From Octopus sinensis (lineage: Eukaryota), in the NCBI RefSeq assembly GCF_006345805.1, contig NW_021832123.1, positions 124,001-188,000 of the forward strand: a stretch of 64,000 nucleotides of DNA, written 5' to 3'. The stretch's first letter is position 1. Each line of letters starts with the position of its first letter. Shown one piece after another: positions 13,860 to 25,452 of this stretch. The notes beneath the pieces were generated by a model, which saw only the letters and a program-made list of their open reading frames with translations, searched no databases and was not told the origin of the DNA. Both the position numbers and the translations under genes were made by a program.

Positions 13860-14859
13860 TTATGTTGGCAACCCCGTCAAAAAATAAAAACTATCAGTTT
13901 GAATCTGAGACTTGATATTTATTCCCCCATGGACGACTATCCCCGCCCTCACATTACCCCCCTCTACTGACACCCCACTATATATAACCTCCCAAAATAG
14001 TGAAACAGCAGCATGCAAAATCCATCCTCGGAGAAGGGGGAATCCCCCTCATTTCCACCTCCCACCAACAATTCATACACGTGTCATAGCAATACAGGTC
14101 ATTAAGGTCACTCCCTGTCGCAGAAATCCCGCCAAAAATGTAGATTCTTCCCTCCCAGGCCACCCCGGAATGCCCCCCTCGTGACACAGGAATGTCTCCC
14201 GTCGCCTCCACTGGTCGACAACTCATTTCTTCGGGTCTCAATCTCACCATTTGGTCAAAGTAGACCCCCCGAGAGAACCCCCCGTGAATATACACATATC
14301 CCCCACTGTAGACCATCACATGGCACTGTCTCGGGGGGAGGGGAAGGGGGAATGCCCGCCAAATCAACTCCGGGGGTTCCAGGACGTAGAGATTAGAGTC
14401 ATTGACAGGACTGGTAGAGAAGTCCCCTCCTCCAAAGATGTAGACAGTGTTGGGGGCGGAGGCACAGGAGTGGGTTGTCCGGGGGGAGGGGGCCTGAGGT
14501 TGGTGGTGGTCCACGGTTGTCCACTGCTGGGTGGTGAGGTCGAGATATTGAAGGGTGTTCACATTTCCGTGTGTGTTGGCACCCCCAAATGTGTAAATTC
14601 GGTTGTTTTGGAGTTGGAATGTGAACAGGGCGAATTCGTATGTTGGAATTATTCCTGAACAGTCCATTGAGTGAGTTTGAATGTGTTTTCCCAGGTCATA
14701 GTAAATCGTCTTGCTCTCCACTGTCTTCAAGGTTGCCCCTGTGATGATGTAAACACGCCCGTTCAAGAAGAGGGCATTGTGGCCGACGAGACCTTCTGAC
14801 TCTTCGTGGGGGACGAGAGGGTACCATGTGTGTGCACTTGCATTGTCAACATCCCACAT
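13860..14859 (-). CDS. RABEPK: Rab9 effector protein with kelch motifs (p40)
   Basis: WYPLVP...VGH, YDLGKH, IYTFGGANTHGNVNTLQYL, PSPRTTH, VYIFGGGD...VNDSNLYV, PPSPRMDFACC; last exon after a micro-intron gives IVVHGGINIKSQIQTD. Confidence 0.82.
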
Positions 14860-14949
14860 CGACGTTGTCGTGACTACTGGAATAAATCAATTTTGACAAT
14901 TCATTGGGTTGAATATGCATTTTATTTTTTCAGTCACAATTAAAAAGAC

Positions 14950-15367
14950 ATAAGGAAACAAATCATTCACAAAATGTTGACACTGTCGAAAGTTTTAGTG
15001 CAAAGAGAACTAAATATTATAAATCTGGAACAGTTGGTTGAATTACGAAATTCGGAGTTTTGCAAGTTGACATTTAATTCGCATTCGATTACGGAATTTC
15101 TGCTATTAGTGAATATCCAATCTTAAGTAGAAATAGACTGGAAGTGATAATTCCCTTATTTATGTGAAATGGCAATGTAAAGAGGAAGACGATATGAGAA
15201 TGGCACTTACCAACATTGTACCAAAAATTAAACAGCTAGTTTCTGAAAAGCAGGATCAAAAATCATACCAACTTTAAATACTATGATTTTTTAATTTGTT
15301 ACTGGTGGTCCCCGAAAAAATTCAACAGACTAAAGTGGTCACGGTCAAAAAAGGTTAAGAAACACTG
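14950..15367 (+). mobile_element. hAT (Buster/ZBED5-like) 3' remnant with right TIR
   Basis: EEDDMRMALTNIVPKIKQLVSEKQDQKS C-terminus; terminal AAGGTTAAGAAACACTG. Confidence 0.65.
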
Positions 15368-15569
15368 GCTTAAATGGTTCAGCTCTTGCTATGAAATTAA
15401 TCAGAGTTGGGAGAACATATTCATAATGTTCAACACAATACTCCAGAGCGAGGTCAGATTTCCCACAACATGCTGGGTCCATTAGATTCGCAAGTAAGTG
15501 GAAAGGTGTTAATGCTTATCAGCTCGAGTTTTCACCTTTCCTAAAATAGCCGTACATTCATAGTCCATA

Positions 15570-15870
15570 TAAGTCTGTTCAAATTCTTTCCAAATTTCTA
15601 CAGCATGACTAATCTTGGTAGAATCATTTTGCATTTTATTTAAAGCGACAACAATTGGTTTAATCATCCGCAAATATTCTTCAGCAAATATTTTGGAAGG
15701 AATATCAATATCTGATTACGAGTGATATGAGAGGATGTCACTGTATATGAAATTGATGTAAGAATAACATTTTTCTTGCAAACATGTGCGCCACTGACGG
15801 CGCTGCTTGCCAAATAAAGAGGATTTTTGGTATATTTAAAAATGTGGGAGGTCGTCTTTTTGTTTTTCTT
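15570..15870 (-). mobile_element. hAT transposase remnant
   Basis: Minus strand AEEYLRMIKPIVVALNKMQNDSTKISHAVEIWKEFE resembles the hAT LKPI..AL..LQ.D....DAV..W segment. Confidence 0.5.
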
Positions 15871-15879
15871 TTCATCATA

Positions 15880-16050
15880 TATTCTGAATTGATGTCAAGA
15901 AGGCTTTCGATTCTGTTGACCACGATTTTTTCTTTTATGTGTTGGAGTGTTCTGGGATACCTGTATGGATCGTTAATTTTGTGAAAAGGTGCCATCTCCC
16001 TATATAAGTATTACATCGGACTTATTAATGTTGAACCTCATGAATTTGAT
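15880..16050 (+). mobile_element. RLE-type retrotransposon RT debris
   Basis: IDVKKAFDSVDHDF...SGIPVWIVNFVK and YYIGLINVEPHEF, similar to the copies at 2734 and 22640. Confidence 0.65.
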
Positions 16051-16671
16051 GGAGGAACTGGTTGCAAACTCTTCTCCTAAAAGGAGGAGAGAGATTCCCA
16101 ATAATCGGGACTGAGAATCTAAATTAAATAGTCTAAGTTAAATTTTGTTTCTTTTAATTAAGTCTGACTGTTCATTGGCAGGAGGCTATTATGCAATTTC
16201 TAGCAAAGTTTGAACTTTACTCTATTAATATTGAATGTAACGAGTTATCACAATTTTCAGAATACAAAATATTTTTAAGGACGAGGATATACAAGTTTAT
16301 ATATCATCTTGAGAATATTTACACTGATTTTAAAACGATCTCGTCAATTCTTGTCTAAATACATCAATTTGCTATTATAAATTCGTGAATCGTGTTCCTT
16401 TGGATGGAATATTAAGATCCCCGATTAAACTACAGACTAACCGGACCAGTTTTATATTGAGTCCTTTATTGACATTTCCATGAACGCGAAATTTATTTTA
16501 TTTAATAAAGAATCTGAAGTTTGATTTTGAAATAAATTATCAGAAGACGTGATATTTAAAATTATTATTTTTATTGTTAAAATATAATTGATTAATTCAA
16601 ATAAATTAAATTAAATTAGAATAAATAAAAATATAAATTTAATTCTCTAAAAGGCAATAAAATATTTTCTA

Positions 16672-17787
16672 ATGCAGTTGAATAATCAAGCTCTTTTGAG
16701 CATAGGCACAAAAGTGCTCAACGAAATTCTCGAATCCCGCCATAAAGCAAATTCTAAAGGGTAACCACCATAAAACTATTTTCCAGGGTAAAACCAGATA
16801 TAATTGATTGCATAGCACATGGTAATATAACCAAATATATTAAATCTAGACTTTTTTGACATTACATATACAATAACTAACCCACAGAACAATCGTCACC
16901 GAATAAAAGTATTTTTATCACTCGATGTAGATCGAAATGACGTTTCCTCTCATGAAAAATCAAAACAAAATAATAAAGCAGCCCCTCATCGATTTTTATA
17001 CTAAAAACGTGTCCTTCAACTCAGGTTTGGTCATCCAGTCTCACCACAGAAAGCACTGCCATCCTCGACTATGACTTGATCGAAGACACTTTGGAGGACA
17101 TGAGGAAGGCTCAATACCTCAAAAGAACCTGCATTCACGCCCTTGTCGATTTCTACATCCAAGGAGCCCATATGTCAGATCCCAGGGAAAGTCTGACTTT
17201 GTCTTTGGGGAGAACGGACAAATTGTATTGGTGGATAACCAGTTTAGATACTTCCAAGTGAATGGAACTATTTTTTGGGCAATATTTGCCATTTCCAGCG
17301 ACGACGCTGCCTATTTCCTATTTCTGCGACAGTTTGCTCAGGAATTTGGGAATATTCGAAAATACAACTCCAAAGCCCCGTCCATCAACTACTACGACGA
17401 GCCTCCACAGGAGCTGAAGGAATTCAACCTTCGGGGGACTCCAAACACGTGTTACATCACAATTAGTATAACTGTCCTTGTGAGTGCTCAGAAGTGGAAG
17501 AACGACACTTTTCAAAGCAGGGTCGAAACGTGATCTCAGATTTGCTGACAATCATGCCAATGCAGTTGTATTACAGTGTGGCCAATTACAATGTATTTGA
17601 ATGTGTTGAGTGTAGATGTTCTTCCTATCTCGCCTGCGTGATCAGAGTGTCTTCTTCATTAAGAGACTTAATAGATTTAAGTATGCCAGACTTCCAGAGA
17701 AAAAGACGACCGGGTTTACGTTTAGATGAATGTAGAGTCACTTCTGTTTATATAAATAGGATTTTTGTTAATTTCTTATACATCTAG
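16672..17787 (+). CDS. ARPC2: Divergent Arp2/3 complex subunit 2 (p34-Arc), multi-exon, 3' end approximate
   Basis: KPDIIDCIAH|DFFDITYTITNPQNNRHRIKVFLSL resembles [63 protein letters not shown]...TCYITI resembles [31 protein letters not shown]...GYITF. Confidence 0.72.
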
Positions 17788-17989
17788 AGTTATTTCCTTC
17801 CCTACCCTCCTTTTAAGAGGTAAATTAAATAAGAATAAAAATCAATTCGGTGGGGAGTGCATAGTAGAGGACAGATGTATTTAACATACACTTAATGCAG
17901 AAAAAAAGTGACCACTTAAAATTAATCCAAAATATCATAGTTTTACGTATTTTTATAAAAAATTCCAAAAGTTAACAATATCAGGGGAT

Positions 17990-18520
17990 GCACTAATCCC
18001 ATGCTTTTCCGTTGTAGGCAGAAGTTTGTACTCCGGGCGCATGCTCTCCGGTGTTTTCTTGATTACGATTGCCTGGACATAAAGTCATTGACTTGTAGGG
18101 AGTTCTGGTAGTGCTTATAGAATTTGGATGTTATTCCATCCCACGTAATAACCAACGGTACGACATTCACTTTTGCATTATGGATTGACCTTAATTCTTT
18201 TGACAAAAGGTCGTATTTATGTAATTTCTCAACTTCCAATGCTTCAAAGATTGTTGAGAAGTAATCCCAATTTCGATCAGCTGGATGTTCCGAACTTTGT
18301 CATAGACAAAAATGTCCGGTTTATTATTATTGACTATAGTATCCGTCTTGATCGTCGTGTCCACACATATTTCGACCACCTTATTAGAGACAGTCGACTG
18401 AACGGAATGGGTCTTTAACTTCCGAGACTGTTTTATCCCATATTTTTGGCAGATGTTAAAATCTTCATCCTTAATTCAATTTTCTGAACTGAAATCCAAC
18501 AATATAGCAGGCACAAATCC
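17990..18520 (-). mobile_element. RLE-type retrotransposon 3' remnant
   Basis: VEICVDTTIKTDTIVNNNKPDIFVYDKVRNIQLIEIGITSQ, same family as 2734-4200. Confidence 0.8.
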
Positions 18521-18539
18521 CGTCTGGTCCGAAGAATGC

Positions 18540-19812
18540 ATGTGTCGGGTCTTCTGTGACATGGGCAACAGTGTCGCTATGGGCAGCCTGTCTTTTACGT
18601 GTTACTACGGCAATTGCAGTTGGCGAGCAACTGCAGCCCATTCAGTTGGGTGTGGGTGTTCCTGGCGGCTGCGAGTCTTCTGTCCATGCCTGTCGTTGTT
18701 TTATTAACGCCTCTACTCGTTCCAATATTCCCCTTGCCTTATTGAAATTGGATGTAATTAATTCTCTTGACCGTAGACATTTGTTGGAAGTCTGTCAAGA
18801 CCGTGTTCCACACTTGCTTCCCTTTATATCGCTTTCGTACTCGCTTCCATCACTTTTAATCGCCGGTGGTTCTTTCATTTCTTCGTCTTGTGGCGTCCAA
18901 CAGGGTGATCCCATTACTGTTCGCTCTTCCCATTACTGTTCACTCCTTTGGGCCCATTACTGTTCGCTCTTGCCGTTACTGTTCACTTTTCGCTCGAAAG
19001 TCCCTTCCGATGTCTTTTCTCAGCGAGACTGGGACAAAATTCTTTGCCGTCGATCTTCAACTGACTTGGAACCACTTCTCGACCAAAACAGACTGGCTTG
19101 TTTCCGTTCCCCCTGTCAGCCATACTCAGGCTCCTGGCTGAATGTACTCCCTTCTCCGCTTTTGGATACTGTCCTCGATATTGATTCACTCCGTTTGGGT
19201 ATCTGTAATCGCCTTGGACTCCCTGTCTGCAGACCTTACCCCTGTCGTTGTGGGGATAAAGTTGACGCCTTTGGGCTACATCCTCTGTCTTGTCGAATGA
19301 GCGCCGGCCGATTTCCTCGGCACACTGAAATTAACAATCTAATTCACAAAGCTCTGGAAAGAGCTGGTTTCCCCTCTATTCTGGAACCGACGGGCCTTGT
19401 TTTTGAAGATGCAAAACGTCCAGACGGCTGTACGCTTTTGAATCCGGGAAGCAGCTCGTTTGGGACGTCACCTGTACCGATTTTTTCGCCAAGGGTGCCT
19501 TGAATGCTACGCTTGTCGACCCGGTTCGTCGGCCGAGAAGGCCGAATTCGCAAAACTAACGAAATATAAGGATTTACTCGATCGATTTTGCTTTTGGACA
19601 ATTGCCGTCGAAACTTCCTGTGTTTTTGGGACCAAGACGCTTGCTCATCTCAAGAAACTTGGCTGCCTGTGCACCTACCGCTCCAGAGATCCGAGAGAAT
19701 TTATATTCCTTATTCAGAGGATGGCTGTTTTACGCTGGAATTGTCTTTCAATCCTGCGAGCCAGTACATAATAGCTAGATTTTTTTTGACGATTTCTCTT
19801 CATTAAAAAAAA
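18540..19812 (+). mobile_element. CRE-clade non-LTR retrotransposon (RT + zinc finger + RLE), internally deleted, poly(A) tail
   Basis: QLGVGVPGGCESSVHA, GVQQGDP, CRCG..D.FGLHPLSC..GRFPRH..IN, EPTGL..DAKRPDG, AVETS.VFG; A-tract at ~19805. Confidence 0.85.
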
Positions 19813-19852
19813 TTACACTTAAAAAAAATTTTAACAGCGTGATTTCCATTGT

Positions 19853-20484
19853 TTGGTTACGTTAGAAATATTAACGAATACAATCGAATTAAGCGAGAAG
19901 TTCAAAATTCAACAGATGCAGGGCAGACCTAATAACCCTAGTAATGAAAATAAATGGGTCTCCATTCTCGAATATTCGGTGTATTGCTACAATACAACGA
20001 TGCATTCATTTTCGAATGAGACCCCATTCAACCGTTATCGAGGAAGAATCGTCAGCAGAAACATCTTTTAATTTCGAAATACATCCGATCGGTGGTGATG
20101 ATCAATACTACAAGAAGATGAATAGGAAAATGGGCGTGCATTGTAGTAAATACAATTATGCTATAGGGGACAAAGTTGTAAATTAATTTTTAGTCTTATT
20201 AAGGTTCGGATTGCAAAGGATTACGGGACGAATCCAGCTTTAATGTTGAATAAATTCGAATCCAAGTATTCCGATACTTGTGAAATACGCGCAATTTTGT
20301 CCAATTCACGCGTAGAGGTATAGGTCGAAATTCATGGTTAGTTCGAATTTTCAAATGGTGAGAAAAAATCGGTGTTGATGTCGCGTTTAAACTAATACTA
20401 TTAAATATCTATTAATTAATTTTTAAAGATATTAGTATTAATTTGTTAAGTAGTTGCCATAGGGGCCTGATTACCCATGTCACA
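19853..20484 (+). mobile_element. Ginger-like integrase transposon 3' remnant with right end
   Basis: GRPNNP, YNTTMHS..ETPF, KMNRKMGVHCSKY..IGDK|VRIAKDYGTNP; ends ...CCATGTCACA followed by tattc. Confidence 0.75.
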
Positions 20485-21202
20485 TATTCTCTCTATTTAT
20501 GAAATTAATAACTGAGTAAAATTTTGTTTCAGACTAAGAAAAAAATCAGAGAGGAAGCGTTTGTATATTAGAAGATGGGTTATCATCAACTCTAGACAGT
20601 CTTGGGCGTTAGGATCAATGATAAAATTAGAAATAAAATCGCAAGACAAAACAATGATGTTACTGGAAAATTACAAAATTTGTTTATGTATTCAGTGCAG
20701 AACAAAGAAAAAAATGCTTCAGCAATATGCTTGAATAAGATTGATGAAGTTTATCTATCTTTATTCATACTTTAATTTAACAAAAAATAAACGTGAAAAA
20801 GAAAAAAAACTCAAAAAAAGATTTTAAAATCAGGTAAATATTGTATAGTTCAATCAAACGCTGATCGTTTTTTTCTTGACGCTTTGATTATATTCGGCGT
20901 TCTCTTCTGATTTTTATTATTAAAACTCATCTTTGACTTTTTATGAACAAAATTCGGGATTGGTCCTCACTTTAGTTGAGATCTTGTAAGTATAGTAATT
21001 GTAACGTGATATTCGACTGCTTTTTGAGAGCAGATTCAAAACAGATCGAAATTTTTATATCAAATAAAATTGTCTATATCTTTTCAAAATTTCAAAATTC
21101 ATTTGAAATTTGTTGCTTATTTCATAAATATTTGGAATCTCGGGCAATAACCTATTTTATTAAATAAAATAAAATATTTTCGATAATACTAAGCAATTTC
21201 GA

Positions 21203-21595
21203 ATGAATCTGCTTACTTTATTGCTGATGCTTACCATCGTAGTCTCACAAGACACAACTCTTTCTTTCTCGTCATCTCCTACTGGTAACAATAATACTTC
21301 AAACAGCATGACTTTGCCGACTACAGTGAGTACTTCAAACAGCAGAATTACACGTTTGCCGACTACACTGAGTACTTCACAAAGCAGAATTAACCGTTTG
21401 CCGACTACAGTGAGTACTTCAAACAGCAGAATTACACGTTTGCCGACTACACTGAGTACTTCAAACAGCATAACAAAACCTTTGCCGACTCTTCACCTCG
21501 AAAATTTCCGAAACACAGAAGCGCGGGTGCGAGCATTCAATAAATACCAGACCATGAAAATGATAGACATTGGGCTTCCACAAAGGGGCATTTGA
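21203..21595 (+). CDS. Secreted Ser/Thr-rich mucin-like small protein with 16-aa repeats
   Basis: Signal peptide MNLLTLLLMLTIVVSQD, then about four LPTT(V/L)STSNSRITR repeats. Confidence 0.65.
   Translation: MNLLTLLLMLTIVVSQDTTLSFSSSPTGNNNTSNSMTLPTTVSTSNSRITRLPTTLSTSQSRINRLPTTVSTSNSRITRLPTTLSTSNSITKPLPTLHLENFRNTEARVRAFNKYQTMKMIDIGLPQRGI
21294..21490 (+). repeat. 48-bp coding tandem repeat, about 4 copies
   Basis: tttgccgactacagtgagtacttcaaacagcagaattacacg unit recurring every 48 bp. Confidence 0.9.
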
Positions 21596-22319
21596 AAACT
21601 CCCAACTCATTAACGTCGCTTACCCACATTAATACACTAATTTATATGCTCACAAACACCCAAACTAGCCATTCGTATAATGCTCACCATTTGATGCATG
21701 TCAGTCAATTGAACGTTTCATTTTAAGATTAACTCAGCAGAAATAGCCTACTTTTGTCCCTCGAATCATAGTTTGAGCCCCCTAGCGATCTCCGTCATAG
21801 ACGACTAGCACAAATAAAGAATAGAAAATAAGGACAAATCATTCAATGAGTGAAATACCAGTAAAGGCGGACCAATCCAAATTTGCTTCAAAGACAGGAC
21901 TAAAGTGAGACAGAACAAAAACTCTGTGGCCGATCAGCAAATGCATTTTCCAGGTACGGTCATCGACACAGCCATAAAACACTCCCACAAGAAAGTCAAC
22001 GACGGGCGCAGTATTTCTCTCGATGGACAACCAGTCAACGTGGTGCATGTTCTACGTAGTGCCGGCGGGTACCTTCAGGCGGAAGAACACTGCACCCACC
22101 TCAGCCAGCTTGTTAAAATCGAACTGAAGCGAGAACCAGCTTAAAAAGAAGCTTGATTGACTTTAAAAAGAAGGAATTTGGACTGTCTGATGAGGACTAC
22201 AATACCCAGCACTCCATTCGGTCATTTCGGCAGAGTCCCACTTTCTCGTCCCGAAGGAAAACTTCCCCCACGCCCACGAAGACCAGTCCGTTTAACACTG
22301 AGAATTCGTACACCTTTCG

Positions 22320-22650
22320 TCACCGAAAACCGGACAAGCTATTTCTGATGATTTTATTAATTTTTTTGAACATAGTTTCAATTTCGATGCTAAGAGTTTT
22401 GGCACTTTTATTAGGGGTGTTATTTGATAGTTCTACTAAAATCAAAATTTTTTCCTCTGTCAATATTTTTTCCTCCAGTTCCCGGATGTTTGTTAATTGA
22501 TCCATTTTTTGAATTTCTGAATCCCATCTGATACAGTTGATTTTGGGACTCCTATACTTACAGAAATCATTCGATAAGTCGTATTATGATTATAAAATGC
22601 AATAATTTGTCCTTTCAGGAAATCTGAAACGTGACTTCTTGTTTGACTAT
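22320..22650 (-). mobile_element. Tc1-like transposase N-terminal HTH remnant
   Basis: HVSDFLKGQIIAFYNHNTTYRMISVSIGVPKSTVSDGIQKFKK followed by ILT.EEK...NPNKSAKTL. Confidence 0.6.
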
Positions 22651-24560
22651 ATATTTTTAGCTTCTTTTCAACGATTTTTAGATCTATAAAAGTTCTTCCT
22701 AGTCGGTTTCTTAAAAAATAAAGTCTATGTTTGTTTCCAGGTTTCATGTGTATTTGGTGGCGTATCAAAACCTTGTGCACATTCTTGTCAATATTCTCAA
22801 ATTCGCATGGTTCGATATCAATGAGCCCGATGTAGTAATTATAAAACGATAATGCATGCTCATTGACAGCATTGAAAAAATTTGCAGAATTTAGCTTCGA
22901 GTCTGCCAGGCTATTAATTATCTCCTCGATTGCATCCGATATTGAGTTCATCGTGTCATTCTTCAAAACTCTGCTATCTTTGTCTTCCAATACTCCAAGG
23001 TAACGATAGTCATAAATCCCGTCAAGCAGCTTAGGTTTGCTACTCAACCCTTCAAGATTAGTTGCAGACTTTTCAGCGTTTTGCCCCAATCCGGCAGTTC
23101 GAAAGAATTGATCAACTTCGGCCACCATCCTTATTACAGTGTCTTTCTTTGGAGCAAACAATTTTAGGTCGTCCATGAACAACAAGTGGTTTGTTGAGTA
23201 TACCCGAGGACTATTGCCAAACTTTTCCACAAGCACATTTGGGAATTTCGCATTCAATATTCTACTCAGGGGGTCCAGTTTGCGGCGATAAAGAATGACC
23301 CTGCAAGATCTCCATTTCACCAATCTCTTTTTGATTAAATTTCAGCTTGATCTTCCATTTCGTGACAATTGCCTTGATAAAATCCACAATCCAATGGGGG
23401 AGGCCGGAGTTACCGAGGATTTGATGATCGACAGAGTCAAAAGCCTTCTTTACATCAATCCAAGCAGAAGGCAAATTATTCCCATTTTGTTGATGGACAC
23501 ATTGGTTGAGCAATGCCTGCTCTTTGGCTCCTTGGCACATTCTTCTCGTCCCCAATTGATTGTCGCTGATCAAATTGTATGCTTCAATGTAGTCCGTCAA
23601 TTTTCTGTTTACACATTTTGTTACAAGTTTATATAGATTTGACATGCAATAATCGGCTTCAGGTACTTAAGTGAGTTTTTTTGGAATAAGATATGTAATC
23701 CCTGTGTAGAACCACTCATCAGGTGTGTACTTTCCATATATGATATCCGCAACTTTCTTACAGAGGTATCGTGAACCGTACTAAACTTTTTCAAGAAAAA
23801 ATTGTATATGCCATTGCATCCACAGGCCCTCCAATTTGGCAGCTGGTTAATGATCTTTTGCAAAATCAGCAATTGTGTCCTCGGCTCCAGTCACCCGGTT
23901 ATCCATGGGCTCATGTTTTACCCAAACACTCTCCCAGAATGAGAGACACTGACTCTGGTCAAACATAAACTGTGTATTCTTCTTTTTCTCAGTCAAAATT
24001 CAGTAAAACTGCCTTCGGTCAAGTTCAAAACACATATTGTCCCTCCGATATTTTTTCCTTGCTTCACGGGTTGCCAATTTTTTTCAACCATTTTTACCTC
24101 ATCCTGGATGCAGGTGACAATTCTGGGTCAATGTATCATATGCTGGTTGGCCAGGATCTCAGCAATGTCATTGAGATTAGCCGGTTGTTTTGCTTTCATA
24201 AATTCCCCAATCGAGACATTTTTGCCAGTCAAAATTTCTTTGTAAGAAGCTGATAGGAAACTTTCCTGGTTGGCGTCCGTAAATCCCGTGGAATTATTTT
24301 TACTTGTCCGATTTGTGAATTAAACTCAATTAAGCACTTTCCAAAAAGAGAAATTTCCGTTTTAGAAGACATTTTTCTGGGTTTCCAAAGACAGATATGA
24401 GTCCCCCTTCACACCACTCCCCACAAGTGACTTCACATTCAATATTGACTTATTTTTCGCCCTTGTTATATGGGTTGTGAGATAAGCAAATTCTTTGGCA
24501 TTGGGCAGTCTCGGGCCACTTCATCTACGTTCTCACTGGCTTTTCTTTTCAATTATTCGT
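22650..24560 (-). mobile_element. RLE-type non-LTR retrotransposon, degenerate RT region
   Basis: WRACGCNGIYNFF, NLYKLVTKCV, NQLGTRRMCQGAKEQAL, WIDVKKAFDSVDH, ILQGHSLSP, NHLLFMDDLKL, YRYLGVLED. Confidence 0.88.
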
Positions 24561-24599
24561 AGGTAGGCCCTCAGGTAACGTTTCGTAAACTCTTCATTA

Positions 24600-24900
24600 C
24601 AAATATATTTAATTCTTTTTAATATTTAATGTACGTTGATGATATGAATATTTTTGCGTCTTCTCTAAATGAAAAGTTTCAACTAAATCTTGTAGATCTA
24701 AACAAGTTTTAATAAATAGATTTCAGCATTCATTGGCAGGTTTTTAAACAATTTATTCTGATTTGCATTTGTCAAAGCACTTTTTTAACCAAGGAATATA
24801 CAACAACTTAAGACCGCTTGTTTCCTTATAAGGACAATACAAATTTTTACAATCGGGTAATGGTTCAGAATTTTGTTTCTTTGAAAATTCAAATTTGATT
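24600..24900 (+). mobile_element. Highly decayed Ginger-like integrase fragment
   Basis: NEKFQLNLVDL...FAFVKAL...KFLQSGNGSEF resembles the NERFQVDLIDL...FLQSDNGTEF of intact copies. Confidence 0.5.
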
Positions 24901-25051
24901 TAAATCTGATTTTTCACAAGCCGCCTTCAAGTGCCATCAGCTGCTTTTTACGAAATAAATTAAAATATATTTACACAATTTATAATCTCAAAAACAAATA
25001 ATTTTACTAAATAAGATTTCCAAAGTTGTGGTTTTTGTATATTTTGTTACA

Positions 25052-25352
25052 ATGTACACAAAACCCAACAGTAAACTATCCTACGAGTACTACTTTCCTG
25101 TCACTTCTGAGGGAAAAACGAGTCCTAAACAACATGGCGGTTCGGAGGAGTCGTTCTAAGGCAAAGGAAGCGGAGAAGGCGCGAAAACTCGAACTGTCAC
25201 AAATCGAGGTTAACCACTCATACAATAAATATAAGAAAAAGTTGGCCAAGGCCACACAGGACTTGGAGAAGGCGATTCTAAAGAGAGGAGTTTTGGAAGA
25301 CTTTTACAACCAACTTATGACCAACATAAATAATTCTCACACTTTTATTTGA
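25052..25352 (+). CDS. Minimal C/EBP-like bZIP transcription factor (~80 aa after splicing)
   Basis: MYTKPNSKLSY-E|EKRVLNNMAVRRSRSKAK basic region (cf. RRERNNIAVRKSRDKAK); 25-nt intron and probable in-frame 27-nt intron. Confidence 0.65.
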
Positions 25353-25452
25353 ATGTTATAAAATTAAAATTACTTAATTATATAAAATTGATTCTTTTAA
25401 TTTATTTTTAAATTTATTAAATAAATAAACTGTTTTGTGTGGCTAACCTCAA

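Noticed and set aside
14181-14658. Long antisense ORFs overlapping RABEPK (similarly EXOC2, TyrRS, CRE)
   Set aside because: Shadow frames of GC-richer coding DNA with no recognisable motifs
5284-15367. One 10-kb hAT element capturing six host genes (similar TIRs at 5284 and 15367)
   Set aside because: The 8-bp flanks differ (ctctagaa vs gcttaaat), so these are ends of independent insertions
22493-23323. Novel RT-HTH fusion protein
   Set aside because: Chance in-frame junction between a truncated RLE retrotransposon and a Tc1 remnant
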